The translations under genes were made by a program, and so were the position numbers. A DNA stretch of 57,688 nt, filler included, from Bipalium vagum (lineage: Eukaryota): assembly GCA_037834085.1 (NCBI GenBank). It is 3 parts of 3 records of this genome, joined end to end, with 100 filler letters (N's around TTAATTAATTAA, not from the genome) between each part and the next. Parts side by side here need not be neighbours in the genome. Positions count along the whole stretch, not along the records: positions 38,111 to 57,688 come from JBBMKC010272344.1; 2 more parts are not named here. One strand, written 5' to 3'. This document shows positions 38,111-50,378 of the stretch, one piece after another. Below the pieces are notes generated by a model that saw nothing but the letters and a program-made list of their open reading frames with translations, had not been told where the DNA came from and did not search any database. Numbering within the stretch: the first letter of the stretch is position 1; each line of letters starts with the position of its first letter.

Positions 38111-38577
38111 TTAATAAAAGAGACACTTTATTTAAATTAATTAATTGACGGAAATTTGTTTAAGTATTTTTATTTTTATTGGATTAAGAAAATTTTTGAA
38201 ACTATGAGTGACTTTATTGAAATAGCTGCTAACAATCTATTTGATGGTATAAGATTTTATGCTGAATAAAGAAGTGCTTTTTCCTTGATAAACCAAGATT
38301 CGACTCGTAACACGACCCATAATTCTTCCAGGTTGTTTCACATGGATTTTTAGCATCATTTACTCAAAAATGAAAAAATATGATATCATTAACCGGAGAT
38401 TGAGCCTGTTAGCTTGTACTGTTCCCAGGTATTTAAATTTTGAGTAATGTTTTACCAACAGTGGACGCGCATTATCAATTTGAATGAAAACCAATACATC
38501 TTGTTTGAAACTGCAGGCATAATTTTATCACACGTAAAATATGGCAGAAGTCATGGTGTACCCTACCCATAAAATAT

Positions 38578-39744
38578 TATTAGGTTGTCCAATACGAATT
38601 TGCGAATTTTAAATAATAATAAATTTTTAAAAAATCATAAAAACCCCGTAAATAATATTTATTTATTAAAATATTTTCCATTGCAATTCAAGTACTCTTC
38701 CTAAAAGGATAATAGTTAAATATTTCTTTTTTTAATAATCTTCAGATTTATAAAATCGAAAAAATAGTTATGTCGTTTTCAATGTTACCATGATCTGGAG
38801 AGTAAAGTGGATGGTGTACAATTGAATAATGAAAATCCTCTAATGCTTGATAAAAAAAGGTAAGATCTTGTATCACCTTGAACAAATATTGAACATTTTC
38901 GGTTTGTAAGACTTCTCTGCTTCTAAAGCAGTTTTGTGTACATGGACTCAATTTCCTGATTGTATGAGTTTGCAGTAATAGTTTCACCAGATTTTAATAA
39001 ATTATACTTGATTAGTTCAGCTGAAGACCACCAAACAGTTACCACTGTCATTTTTTTCTGAAATCTTGAATCTGGCATATCTTTCAGCTTTCCATCAGCT
39101 ACCAACCATTGCATTGATCGTAGCCGACTTTCGTATGCAATCCATTTTTCATTGCACGTTATCATCCGATAAAAAAATGAAGCAATTTGGTTCCGATTAA
39201 TTAACCAACGAAAAATATGCAGTGTTGTTTTCGTTGATTTTCAGTTAAATCACGGGGAATCCTGTGAATGAACTTTTGTAACCTTTTCAAGCGCTTTGAG
39301 ATTAGTAAATATGGCTGATTTGGAAGTATTAAAATTTTGAGCAAGTTGTTTCACTGTTTTCTGAGCATATTCTCGAACGGCTGACTTCAAATTTTTGGTT
39401 ATTTAGGAAAGAAATCGGTCTTACACAGTCTTTGTTTTGAAGACATAGATCTCCTCGATACTTTGTGAATTACATTGTTTGTTATAATCCCATCGACCAA
39501 AGTGGATTAATATTTAAATTTGCTTTTTATAATTTTTTAAACTTGACTTCAAAATGTATACAATTCCTAATTTGTTGGTCAACCTAGAACGCGGAATATA
39601 TTTTAAATTAATGTTTTTTAATCGATAATAAAGTTTGTAAACTCTTCTTGAATTTTATATTTATAAACAATCCCAATTAAAACTTATTAAAACCATTTTA
39701 ATTTGAAATTCGACATAAAAACACGCATACTGGCAACTGAATAC
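38578..39744 (-). mobile_element. Degenerate mariner element
   Basis: RMITCNEKWIAY, VTVWWSSAELIKYNLLKSGETITA, HHPLYSPD. Terminus tattaggttgtccaata at 38578 and a decayed partner (ggcaactgaata) near 39740. Confidence 0.85.
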
Positions 39745-40118
39745 CATTTTTAATTAATTGTTGTTTCGTTTCTATGGAAACAGTCCAGTTAAAAAAATTC
39801 TAATTTAATTTCTTTTTTTTATAAAACCAAATAACAAAATAATATCAAAAAGTTTCTCTTGATAATTTGAAAAAAATAGTTTATTTATTTATTTTTCTTA
39901 TTACATTTTACAATAATTTTCTTAAAAAGTACTTTGACTCTGGGTAATTATTTTGAAAATGGAAATTGTATGATTGACGAAATTCTTCTAAATAATATTA
40001 TCAGCTAAATAATTTGCTTCAAGACAGGAAACATCCTGCCAATGCCTTAATTACAGGATGCTTTAACATGAACATTTCGTATAAGAGTAACGCAGATTAA
40101 TAAAAATTATTAAAAAAA

Positions 40119-40453
40119 ATGAATAAATTGGTAATTTTCATATTATATATAATAATAATATATAATATATAAATTATAATAAATATAAGTTGTTTTCTTC
40201 AATTCTCTTTTCAGGGAGATGTTTATTTTGAACTGTTTAAAGTAATTCATAAAAATATGTTTTTTAGATCTTTGTGTTTGCTTTCTGTATGTTCTTCGGG
40301 TCTCTTGTGGATGTTTCCATGGCAACGTTTGAAGAGCTTTGCACAAAAGAGTGCTATGCTAAATACAATGATTGCTGGAAAGCGTGCGATGGGATTAAAT
40401 GCAAATTCCGTTGTTGGAGAGAATATCGCAATTGCAAGTCCAAATGCTCGTAA
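40119..40453 (+). CDS. Small secreted 8-cysteine peptide precursor (65 aa), join(40119-40130, 40268-40453)
   Basis: ATG AAT AAA TTG/gtaatt...tttttag/ATC gives MNKLIFVFAFCMFFGSLVDVSMA-TFEELCTKECYAKYNDCWKACDGIKCKFRCWREYRNCKSKCS*. TATA-like tataaga at 40080; AATAAA at about 40507. Confidence 0.85.
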
Positions 40454-41163
40454 AAATATAAAAACATGGCTATATAATGAATGGTTAAGTTAACTTTGGT
40501 TTAATTAATAAATCGATTGAACATTTATTTTTAATTTATTCGTCTGAAAAAATAAATTTAAAAATGAGCAATAATAAAATATATTATAAATAAATTTGTC
40601 AAATAATGAAAATTATTTAAATTCCAAAGAAATCTTAAAATTTGATTGGTAAAAGTATAAAAATATCAATTAATGATTCAATTAATAAACAAAGTGTGTT
40701 AATTGAAGACATTTAATATTATAAAATACTTATATTTTTGTGAAATACAATTTTTAATGGGTGAATCAAAAAGATTAATTAGTAAGTTTTTATCTTATAA
40801 TTATTGGAATTAAAGAACGAAAACCTAAATATACAAACATATATTGATCTATTGCTTAAACGGAATAATGACAACCTTTCTAATTTTTTTAAAGAGAAGA
40901 TTGCTTTGAACATGTTATAACATTAAAACCCTTGTCTATTAATTTTGACTTTGCAACAAATTTTTGGGGTCAATTAAGTATAAAATATCCAAATCAACTT
41001 TTTCTTCAAGTATTGGTTTTGTATTATAAATAAGAAAATTTTAAGTAATAAATATTAATAAAATTATTGTTTTTATAATTCTAAGAATGTTTATACATGA
41101 TGAATAATTAATTATTACTAATTATTAATGAATAAAACTTATGCGTAGTTTTTCAGACAACCA

Positions 41164-41199
<36 letters not shown>

Positions 41200-41839
41200 T
41201 TGAAGAAACTAATAAAATAAAAACCCTTAGTGGAAGAGTAATGAAAGTTAAAATAAATAATTTGAAAAATTAAGATATTAAATTTTTAAAGGGAAATGAA
41301 AATTTTATTACACATTAATTATTCATTAGAAATCATTATAAAGAGATTCAAGTCAATTAATAACGAATGCTGCAGATAAGATAACATGCACCATTTAGTA
41401 TTTGCCATTTTTTCATTGTAGAAATTCACTATAAATAAAGATTTATATTTAATTATCGACTTCGTTGTTTTATTATATGTTATGCGCCGAAATTATCTCC
41501 TCACTTAAAAAAATTGTGAAAAAAAAACAATAAATTGAAAATTCCTATTAAGTTAACATTTTTAAAAACAAACATACAAATGTCAACAAAACATTAATAT
41601 AATCTCCACCAATATGCAAAAAAATATTACAGATTACATATATACATGTAAACTATTATTATTATAATTTTTATGGTTATGAAAGGTATTTTTGCTTTAA
41701 TTTCTTTACTTAACTTCACTAGTCGATGTTAACAGAGATTACAAATAATTGTTTCTCTCGGTTTCAGTAGTTCATAGTCAAAAACAAAAGTCATGTTAAT
41801 TGGTTTTTTTCTATTACCATTACATTGTTGACAAAAAAT

Positions 41840-42260
41840 TTCTACCAACTGGACAAACAGTTAAGAAAGATTATTATTTGAACGTTATGAGCCAATTCGT
41901 AGAAGACGACCAGAATTATGGCAAAACAAATCATGGGTTTTGAATCATGACAATACACCATCGCACACAGCAATAATTATTCCGGAATTTTTTATGAGAA
42001 ATCAAACTGTTATTGTTCAGTAGGAATCTTATTCATATAACTTCGTATGATTTTTTCTATTTCCTCTATTTAAGTTGGCATTGCGTGGATATCATTTTCC
42101 TTTAATTTAAACCATCAAAGAGAAATTGCTGACCGCTTTGAAGAGTATAACAGAAATCGAATTTCAGTAATTTTTCGAAAGCTGGAATAAAAAAAGTTGA
42201 AATAAATATATTTTATTGGAATATATTTATTACTTTGAAGGGGACCAAATATAATTTCAT
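41840..42260 (+). mobile_element. Mariner 3' relic
   Basis: PTGQTVKKDYYL, SWVLNHDNTPSHTA, FFLFPLFKLALRG, YFEGD. Confidence 0.8.
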
Positions 42261-43859
42261 AAATACATGTTGCGTCTAAATTAATAATTCATACTAGTAC
42301 ATGTCTAGCTGACAAATGACTTAATTTTTCATAGATATAATAATCTTTTAAATACTTTTTTCATATTAGAAAATTATGATTCTTGGACTTAAGTACACAA
42401 AATTTTAAGAATATTGAAGTACACTCTAAGCTTTGAAGTATCTGCATACTATTAAGTTTTGAAATAGTTAATTTGAGAAAATTATCTTGTGAAATGTCTG
42501 CATAAAACTTGAGAAATAATATTTATTTACTAATTTGATCTTCTATTAAGGTCTTTAGAGTAAAATTAATTTCTAGAAACAGATTCCATAAAATGTTTAC
42601 TTTATTTAAATTTGTAAAAATAACAAAAACAAAAAACTGACTCTTCAAATCAAGATTATGGCTGTCGTTGACATGGAAAGTCTTAGATGTTTAGCTGGGT
42701 TCTGGCTAAAAATTTATCAAAATATTATGGCTTATATTATTGTATTGAATTCTGGTTTTTAATTGTATTATTCTAAGTGTGTTGTAGATTAATGTGATTC
42801 AAGACTCTCCGGCTATATATGTTCTAAAGTCATAGTAGCATAGTAACAAAGTAGAATTTGATATTTCTGTTTGTTTCCCTAGGCCTTACCTCTGACAGAC
42901 TTTGATAATTATATATCATTTAGTCTTTGGTTAAATAATGATACATAAGGAATTTCGTTTTGACCTGAAAAAAATCTTTTTCTGTAAATGTATATTTTCC
43001 ATTCCTCTTTAAGTTCCAATAAATATATTTTAAAAAGATATCGTGTACATTACCTTTTTCGTACCATATACAGTATATAGGATGTGTGAGGCAGTTACTT
43101 TTTTCTCATAGCAGTTTCTACAGTTGCCTACTTTTTACACCTTTATGATTATCAATCGATCATTGGTGCGATACTTCTGAATAAAATACCATTTATTTGT
43201 ACTGCAGATGTTTCTGTTCGTAATATTTTTTATTTAGACTACCATGTATGGCAATTGTTTTTGCCAGTATTCCTTCGCTGCATAAGTTAGCCCAATTAGC
43301 AAAAATCTTTACCTAATTTTCTCCTATTAGAACAGACATAACAGGCTGGTTTTTAAATTATATAATATTTTGATTTTTTTCCTGGCTTTGATGATTTTAA
43401 TGATTCCGTTGTTGTTGTTTAGTTGATATTGTGATACTTATCAAAATATAGCTTAGCCAAGCTGATCATGGGCTACTAATATCTTTGCAGTGCTTCTTTA
43501 ACTTCTTTGATTAACCAGTAAATATCTGTCAGCTGTCATGATGTAACCCTGAGTTTTTAATGATATCAAAGAGAGTTTCAGCAATTCCTCATCTAACACT
43601 TTCAGCACAGATAACCTTGTGTGACCGACTGGGTTGTGTAATCATCGAATGTAATGTAAAACCAATTTCTGATGTCATAGAAATAAAGGAATGAACATTC
43701 ATCAATAACTTGTACAAAAAAGGACTTATATGAAGCTAGAAATTTAATAAAAAAATTCTGGAATCCTATTATCTAATAGTCCTACTTTACTGAGCTCCTC
43801 TAAAGAAAGGCAACGGCCTTTAATATACAATTTTTTTTTCGTAATGCAATTCGAACAAT

Positions 43860-44670
43860 TCGACAATAAAGATGAGAGAAATAGGTTCTGTCACAGACAT
43901 TCTAGTTAAACAATAGTTTAGCATATTTTGCATGAAGATTTTAAGAGGAAAACACATTATACAAGATTGGTGCCACATCTGCTAACGATGAGAAGTGCAT
44001 TCGCACGTAATTTGTCAATAATGTATGGATCAATTATATAAGTCGTTTAGTTATTATGAATGAAAACTGAATCCACCACTATACACAAAAAACAAAAGTA
44101 CAATCCAAACCGTTGATGGAACTCGGTTCGAATACACCAAAGAAGACCAGGGTAGTTTCATTAGCTGGGAAGATTATGGCATCTGTATATTTGGATGTAA
44201 AAGAAGTTAAAGTAAATTAATATAAGATGATTGTTTTTTCTTTCTCAGTGTAATTTAATAACAAGAGAATAGAAAAAAATTAACTCCCAGTATTTTGAAA
44301 TCCTGTTGAATCAACTAGATGAAAAAATTCATGAAAAGCGAACAGATTTGTAAAATAAAAATCATTTTTCTGTAAGACAATGCACCCACTCACAAGAGCT
44401 TTAGACATAAACAAAATTAGGTGAATAGAAATTAGAGTTACTTGACCATTCATCCCAATCACGCGATTCGGCTCCATAGAACTTCTTTCTTTTCGAAAAC
44501 CTTACAAATTCCTATCTGAAAGAATTTTCGTGAGAATGAAGTAATAGGTGCATTAGATATCTATATGACAAGTCTTGATGAAAGTCATTACAACCAGAGT
44601 ATCAAATTTCTAGAAAAAATTGTAATAAATTTGTTGAACTAAAATGAGATTTCGTAGGAAAACAATTTTT
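43860..44670 (+). mobile_element. Mariner (Himar/irritans-like) relic
   Basis: IHHYTQKTKVQSK, TPKKTRVVSLAGKIMASVYLD, F*DNAPTHKS. Confidence 0.8.
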
Positions 44671-45589
44671 TTTAACAATGTTGTTTTATTCTTTCCATTT
44701 TCATATATTAAGTTTGAATCATACAGTGTTGAATCGATTATTTAGTATGATAAAGCTTACCTAGTATTAATTTTCACACCTTTACATTATTTGCAATTAA
44801 ATATCTTTTGATAATTAGTCTGCAAATCAATTATTATTTATGTTATTATTATTAATATTTTAAAAGTGACAGGATAACTGAAAGTCCGTGGCAATTGAAA
44901 GCAATTAAATATTATAAATGCTTTAGCCTTCTGTGATAACTATAAGCTTCCATTGTAGACTACTTATAGATTTTTTTATCTTTTTATTTATTACTTATTT
45001 TTTGACTTAATTGTTTTTACGAAACATTACGTAATTTATGTGCAATTATTAATAAAATATAAAAATTAGGAGATGGAAATAAACAGACATCATTCACAAG
45101 TGAAAATTAATAAAGAAATAAAGAAGAAATGAAAATAATAGATTTATTTTGGATTGTGACTCTTGATGAATCAGAGACTAAATGTCTTAAATAAATAAAT
45201 AAATAAACGAGAGAGAGAGAGTGAGAAGACAATGAATAAAGTAAAAACAGTATTCCAATGTTATGCATAAGTGGCTCATAATATTCTCTTTTTCAAAAAA
45301 AGTTCGAAATCTAAAAATATTCAACAAGAATCCTAAACTATTCAAAAATATTTTGCATTAAAATTTTTTGAAAGCAACTCAACCATTGATTTTATTTCCA
45401 GATAAATCTTTGTAATTACCAATTTATTAATATTCGGTTGATGTAATAATATATTAAGTAAATTATTAATATATGCTTTGCAATATAATTTGAAAATTTC
45501 TCGTGTCAATTTTAAAAAATCTCATTTCAATTTGTTTTATTTTAGAAACTTTTATTCGAAAATTTTGAATTTACCCAGTTCGGGAGTAA

Positions 45590-46486
45590 AAAAGGATGAT
45601 GATCCAGAATAAAAATATATATGGTTTTAATTATTTACTAAATCCACAAATAGTACATTGCAATGACATTTATAAAAGTGAAGAGTTTTGTTTGGCTACA
45701 AACAATAAGTTTGGAAGAGTTGGAAACGCTTTTGAAAGAAAATTTGATTCAATCGAGTGTAGAGCTGGCGAGAAGGTCGCATGTTAATCAGGGCACTGTA
45801 CTTCGGCGGTTGCATCAGATTGGGTAAATTTTGAAGGAAGGAAATTTGATTTCTCATGAATCATCGGAGAGCAACATGATCAGCCAATTCATTTTTTCAC
45901 TTTTCCGCAAACACGAGCAAAAGTTCTTGCAACCGGAGACAAAGATGGCATTTAATATTATAATCCCAAATGCAAAAGATCATAGGTAACTTCTGGAAAA
46001 CTGGAATCTTCACACAAAAAAATAATATTTTTGACCACAAGTTCTTCTGTGTGTTTAGTGGAACATGCATGGTGTGCTTTATTATGTACTATTAAAACCA
46101 TCTGAGACTGTTAATGCGGAATTATATAGTCGTTAATCGAGACAGTTAAACGAGAATGACAATGCCAGACAACATTTGGCATTATGAAAGAAGGAAATTT
46201 TGATGGACTTAAATAGGAAATTTTATTACACTCGGCATATTCCACTGATATTGCCCAATGGATTTTCAGATATTCTGTTCCATGCAACAGTTTTTCTGTT
46301 GTACACTTGAGCAATGTTAAAGAAGCGCAGATTTATTTAATCCAATCCCATAGACTATTTATACCGGGGTATTAATCTTTTGACTGATAGATGTAAGATT
46401 AATTAAGTTAAATGTAAATTTTTTTTGTTATATATTAATAAAGTTCTTTGTCTTAAAACAATGGAAACTTATGCATACTCCGAATA
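45590..46486 (+). mobile_element. Mariner relic
   Basis: TVLRRLHQIG, VLLCV*WNMHGVLYYVLLKPSETVNAELY, LHSAYSTDIA. Ends aaacttatgcatactccgaata. Confidence 0.75.
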
Positions 46487-47081
46487 TTACTAAGTCTATA
46501 ATTAAAATTCTTAGCACGATAAGAGCGAAACAAATAAATAATAGTTATATTTGTTGCAAAAATTGATACTTCAACTGATAAACTTGATTAATCAATTAAA
46601 TCAACTATTCCTTAAAATATTCTTAGAATCGACATTGATATTTTCAGTGGAAATTTTATACTAACTAACATAAGCTTACAATACAAATTCTTGTTAGTTA
46701 TTTCAGTGATAATGTTACTTTTCAATAGGTTTTCAGAACATTGCAGGAGTTCAGTTATAATACAACTGTAAAATAAATATAATACTTTTTAAAGTAATTT
46801 TAATATTTCACATCACTATTCTTACTTTTTCAGCTGTGGTATCATAATTTTTTTTAATCTTGTTTTTACTGTTTTGACATGAAAAGTAATAAAAGATAAT
46901 TGAGAGATACATAAACGATATTATGTATTATATAGAGAACAGATAATCTTCAAATAGTTTGCGTTTTACTCTTTTGATACCGACTTAAGAGAGATTTTTT
47001 TAGGTTTAAAAATAGAAATAAAATAAGAGTTTTAAGTATCACAACATCTCTAAGTCATCTACATTTGACCAGAAAAACTAA

Positions 47082-47230
47082 AAATAATATTTTCAAAAAT
47101 ATAAATAATATTCACAAAAATATAAATAATATTGTGAATAATATAAATAAAATTCACGAAAATATAGATAATATTCGCAAAAGTATAAATGATATTTTCA
47201 AATATATAAATAATATTTTGAAAAAAATAT
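47082..47230. repeat. AT-rich minisatellite, about 21-22 bp unit, about 6-7 copies
   Basis: Consensus aaaaatataaataatattcac repeated with variation. Confidence 0.75.
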
Positions 47231-47423
47231 AAGGTAAATATAAATATATTGATTAAAAATAAAGAAAAATATTTTTAGAACAGCTGTATGAAAATTCTCT
47301 TTTTTGATTGGTGGAAAAAATGCAACAAAATCGATTGAAAAATTATATTTATGCAGCCTCACTTTTTCAGAAATAATTTTTTTACATCATTCCAGATTCC
47401 CCGTCGAATAATTTCTACAGGAA

Positions 47424-49055
47424 ATGGTTTTCAAACTTCTCAAGATTGACATATTAATCATTTTTTCCGTAATATTGCCGAAATTTTTCGTTGGATTTAT
47501 CACTGGTATGGTTATTCCAATATTTCCATCTCTGATCGCAATCCATTTCAACAAATCCCTGCAAGAAATGGGATCAGATTCCAACAAAACAGTTGATTAT
47601 GGCAGAAATTCCAGTTTTAATTATTATCAATTGTCAATGTTATTCGCAACAAAGAATTTTGGTCAAATAATAATCAGTCCTTTCATGGGTTATTTCTGTG
47701 GATTATTGGGATCTTTAAACGTTTTATTATTTGGCTTGTTTTCACAAATAATTACAGTACTGCTCTATGGGGTGGGGAATCAGTACCATTTCCTTATCAT
47801 TGGACGTCTTTCTGAGTCCGTTGCCAATGCATCCATCAGCTGTGCAATATCAACATTTGTAGCATATCGTTATACTAGTCATAAGCAAAGAGGGTTCATA
47901 TATGGAATAAGCGGACTGGGATTATATATGGGTGGATCGATAGGACCTGCTTTTGGAGGAGCAATTTTTCAATATAAAGGAAAATCTGTTGCCTTTTTAT
48001 CATTATTATCAGTTTTGCCTATTGAGGTAATTTTGGTGATTTGGTTGATAATTTCATTGAGATTACCAAAAAAGAGTTCAAAATCAAAAAATAAAATGAT
48101 ACCTGTTATTAAAGAAAATGAAGATACACATTCGTCAAATAATCCTGTTGATACTCTTTTAAATAGCAGAAACAATGATAATAATAATGATCATAATAAT
48201 AATGATGATGATGATGATGATGATAATGATAATAATAATGAAAATATTAATAAAAATAATAATATTTATATTAATGATAATAATAATGAGGATAATAAAA
48301 ACAAAATAATTAATTTTAGTAAAAAAACAAGTAGGCCTGGTTCTCCTACAAAACTGAATCAGTTGAAATACGATACAATGGATAATCACTCAAATATAAC
48401 AACAAGTTTATTAAATTTGGATCAGGACGTTCAGATTTGTAATCAAAGCAAATCTTCAAACTCAAAGCATAATATATTAATGTTTTTCTCAGATCCATAT
48501 TTTATGTTAAGCATTGGATCGTTTCCGGTGATGTTTCTCAGTCTTTTTATCATTCTTTCGTCATTACCTCATTATATGCGAGTAAAATTTGGAGCTACTG
48601 AATCTCAACAAGGTGTTATTTGGCTGCTCAATATCATCGGATATTTTTTGGGATTCTTTTTAGGAAATTTTCTTAATTCTAGATTTTCAAACTATCGCCA
48701 CATTTTACTAATGATAATTATCTATCTTCAAGCTTTTGGGACAATATCTGTGGCTATCATGCCCCGGTGGTGGTTGATTTCCATCCCGTTGTGCTTTATT
48801 CTAAATCAGCAACTAATTTTTGAAATTGTCTGTGCACCTTTACTAGCAACCATTGTGGAAAAGAAACACAACAGAAACTTTGGAATCATGTCTGGTATAA
48901 TAATGATGGTCGTCGCTTGTACGTCTTCGTTAGGATCTTTTCTCGGTCCAATTTTAATGAGCAAAATTGGATTTTTATATGTAAATCTTATCATTTTTAT
49001 ACTGGGACTTTTATATGGACCTATGTTATTGTTCTTGAAAAGCTTTGTAGGATGA
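47424..49055 (+). CDS. MFS transporter, divergent SLC18 (VMAT/VAChT-like) family, 543 aa, single coding exon
   Basis: About 12 hydrophobic segments. LFATKNFGQIIISPFMG (cf. LFASKAxxQLxxNPFxG), RYTSHKQRG..GGSIGPAFGGAIFQYKGKSVAFL (cf. YTDDEERG..GPPFGSVLYEFVGKTAPFL), DPY after the central loop. The loop is N/D-rich. Confidence 0.88.
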   Translation: MVFKLLKIDILIIFSVILPKFFVGFITGMVIPIFPSLIAIHFNKSLQEMGSDSNKTVDYGRNSSFNYYQLSMLFATKNFGQIIISPFMGYFCGLLGSLNVLLFGLFSQIITVLLYGVGNQYHFLIIGRLSESVANASISCAISTFVAYRYTSHKQRGFIYGISGLGLYMGGSIGPAFGGAIFQYKGKSVAFLSLLSVLPIEVILVIWLIISLRLPKKSSKSKNKMIPVIKENEDTHSSNNPVDTLLNSRNNDNNNDHNNNDDDDDDDNDNNNENINKNNNIYINDNNNEDNKNKIINFSKKTSRPGSPTKLNQLKYDTMDNHSNITTSLLNLDQDVQICNQSKSSNSKHNILMFFSDPYFMLSIGSFPVMFLSLFIILSSLPHYMRVKFGATESQQGVIWLLNIIGYFLGFFLGNFLNSRFSNYRHILLMIIIYLQAFGTISVAIMPRWWLISIPLCFILNQQLIFEIVCAPLLATIVEKKHNRNFGIMSGIIMMVVACTSSLGSFLGPILMSKIGFLYVNLIIFILGLLYGPMLLFLKSFVG

Positions 49056-49204
49056 AATAAATAATTTTAGTGGCTTATTTTGGATAATTATAATTTTTAT
49101 CATAATATTAATAATTCTGATCTCTTATTCAGAGATATAAAGTATAAGATTAAATTTTCAGTAATATTTATATTATTTTATTGCAATATTACTTTTCTAA
49201 AAAA

Positions 49205-50378
49205 TATTACGTTGGTGGTAAGAAAGTGATTGCAGGGTTGACATAAAGACTTTCGTCTGCAATTTAACTCTATTTCAAATAAAATAATCATTGTTTAAAT
49301 ATTATTAAGATATTCTATGGATTCAAATTTTAACCAGTAAGTTAATCTCATAGATTACTCTGTTTCTTTTCTTAATTGTCAACTTTAGTATGGAAGATCG
49401 GAACACGAATTAGCAGCAAATTTTAACTTTCTTTTACAAGAGAGACTTGCAAAAAATTTTGTGAACTGTAAGGAAACGAACGCCAATATAGAAATTTGTC
49501 TTGAAAATTCCAAAAGGGTGACTTTTTTAACGATCTTACCGTTTAATAGATGACAATGACGACGAAATCAAAGACTTAATCAATGAGGGTCGTGAAGAAA
49601 CTATGTAACATTGCAAGAAAGCTCAGAATATCACATTTAACTATAGAACGCAAAATCTAGCATATGGAGTTTGTGAAAAACTCGGCTTATGGATTCCTTA
49701 TCGACTTAAACAAAATCAGAGTAGACAACTCTTAGAAATTTATGAAACAACAAAATGTACCATTTTTGAAACAACTGGTAATTTGTAATGAAAAATAGAT
49801 TTCTAACAATAGTGTAAATAAGGAAAGATCATGGGACAAGTTAAAGTAAGCAGAACAGATTTCTTTCTGATAATCATTAACAGAAAGCTATTCTACATAC
49901 TTGGTTGGATTATAAAGGAATCAAATACTTTGAAATTTTTTCAAACAGACAGAGAATTAATTCTGATATTCATATATATACAGTCAAATATATTCAAAGT
50001 TATTCTAATATTCTGATAATTAAAGCCCAAATTTGGAAACTGTGAAGACATTGTTTTTCATCAAGACAATGCAAAACCACAAACGTCTACATCCACCATA
50101 TAACCCAGATCTTGCTCCTTCTGATTAACATTTGTTTATATGCAAATCTTCTTGAGTGGTAAAACTTTTACTAATTATGATAACGTCAAATCTGGTGTGT
50201 TGCATTTTTTGTAGAAAAATCCAAAAGGTCTTATGAATGAGGAATCTTTATGCTTCTTGGAAGATGGCAACAATTCCTTGATAACAAAATTCATAATTTA
50301 AAACGAATATATTTCATATAGTTTCATGTCTTTTATTTCTTAAAAAAATTAGCAATTAAATTCTTTCCAACCCATAAT
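49205..50378 (+). mobile_element. Degenerate mariner with decayed TIRs
   Basis: KKLGLWIPYRL, PFLKQLVICNEK, IVFHQDNAKP, HPPYNPDLAPSD. Termini tattacgttggtggtaagaaagtgattgc / gcaattaaattctttccaacccataat. Confidence 0.85.

Noticed and set aside
40257-40493. 78-aa ORF from the ORF track (MFFRSLCLL...)
   Set aside because: Shadow frame of the Cys-rich peptide exon, which has far stronger support.
42650-43700. Possible decayed LINE fragments (also about 6840-7200 and 27880-28330)
   Set aside because: Composition suggests old coding sequence, but no intact RT or endonuclease motif could be read with confidence.
47082-47230. CRISPR-like repeat array
   Set aside because: No unique spacers, degenerate AT-rich tandem units, eukaryotic context, no cas genes.
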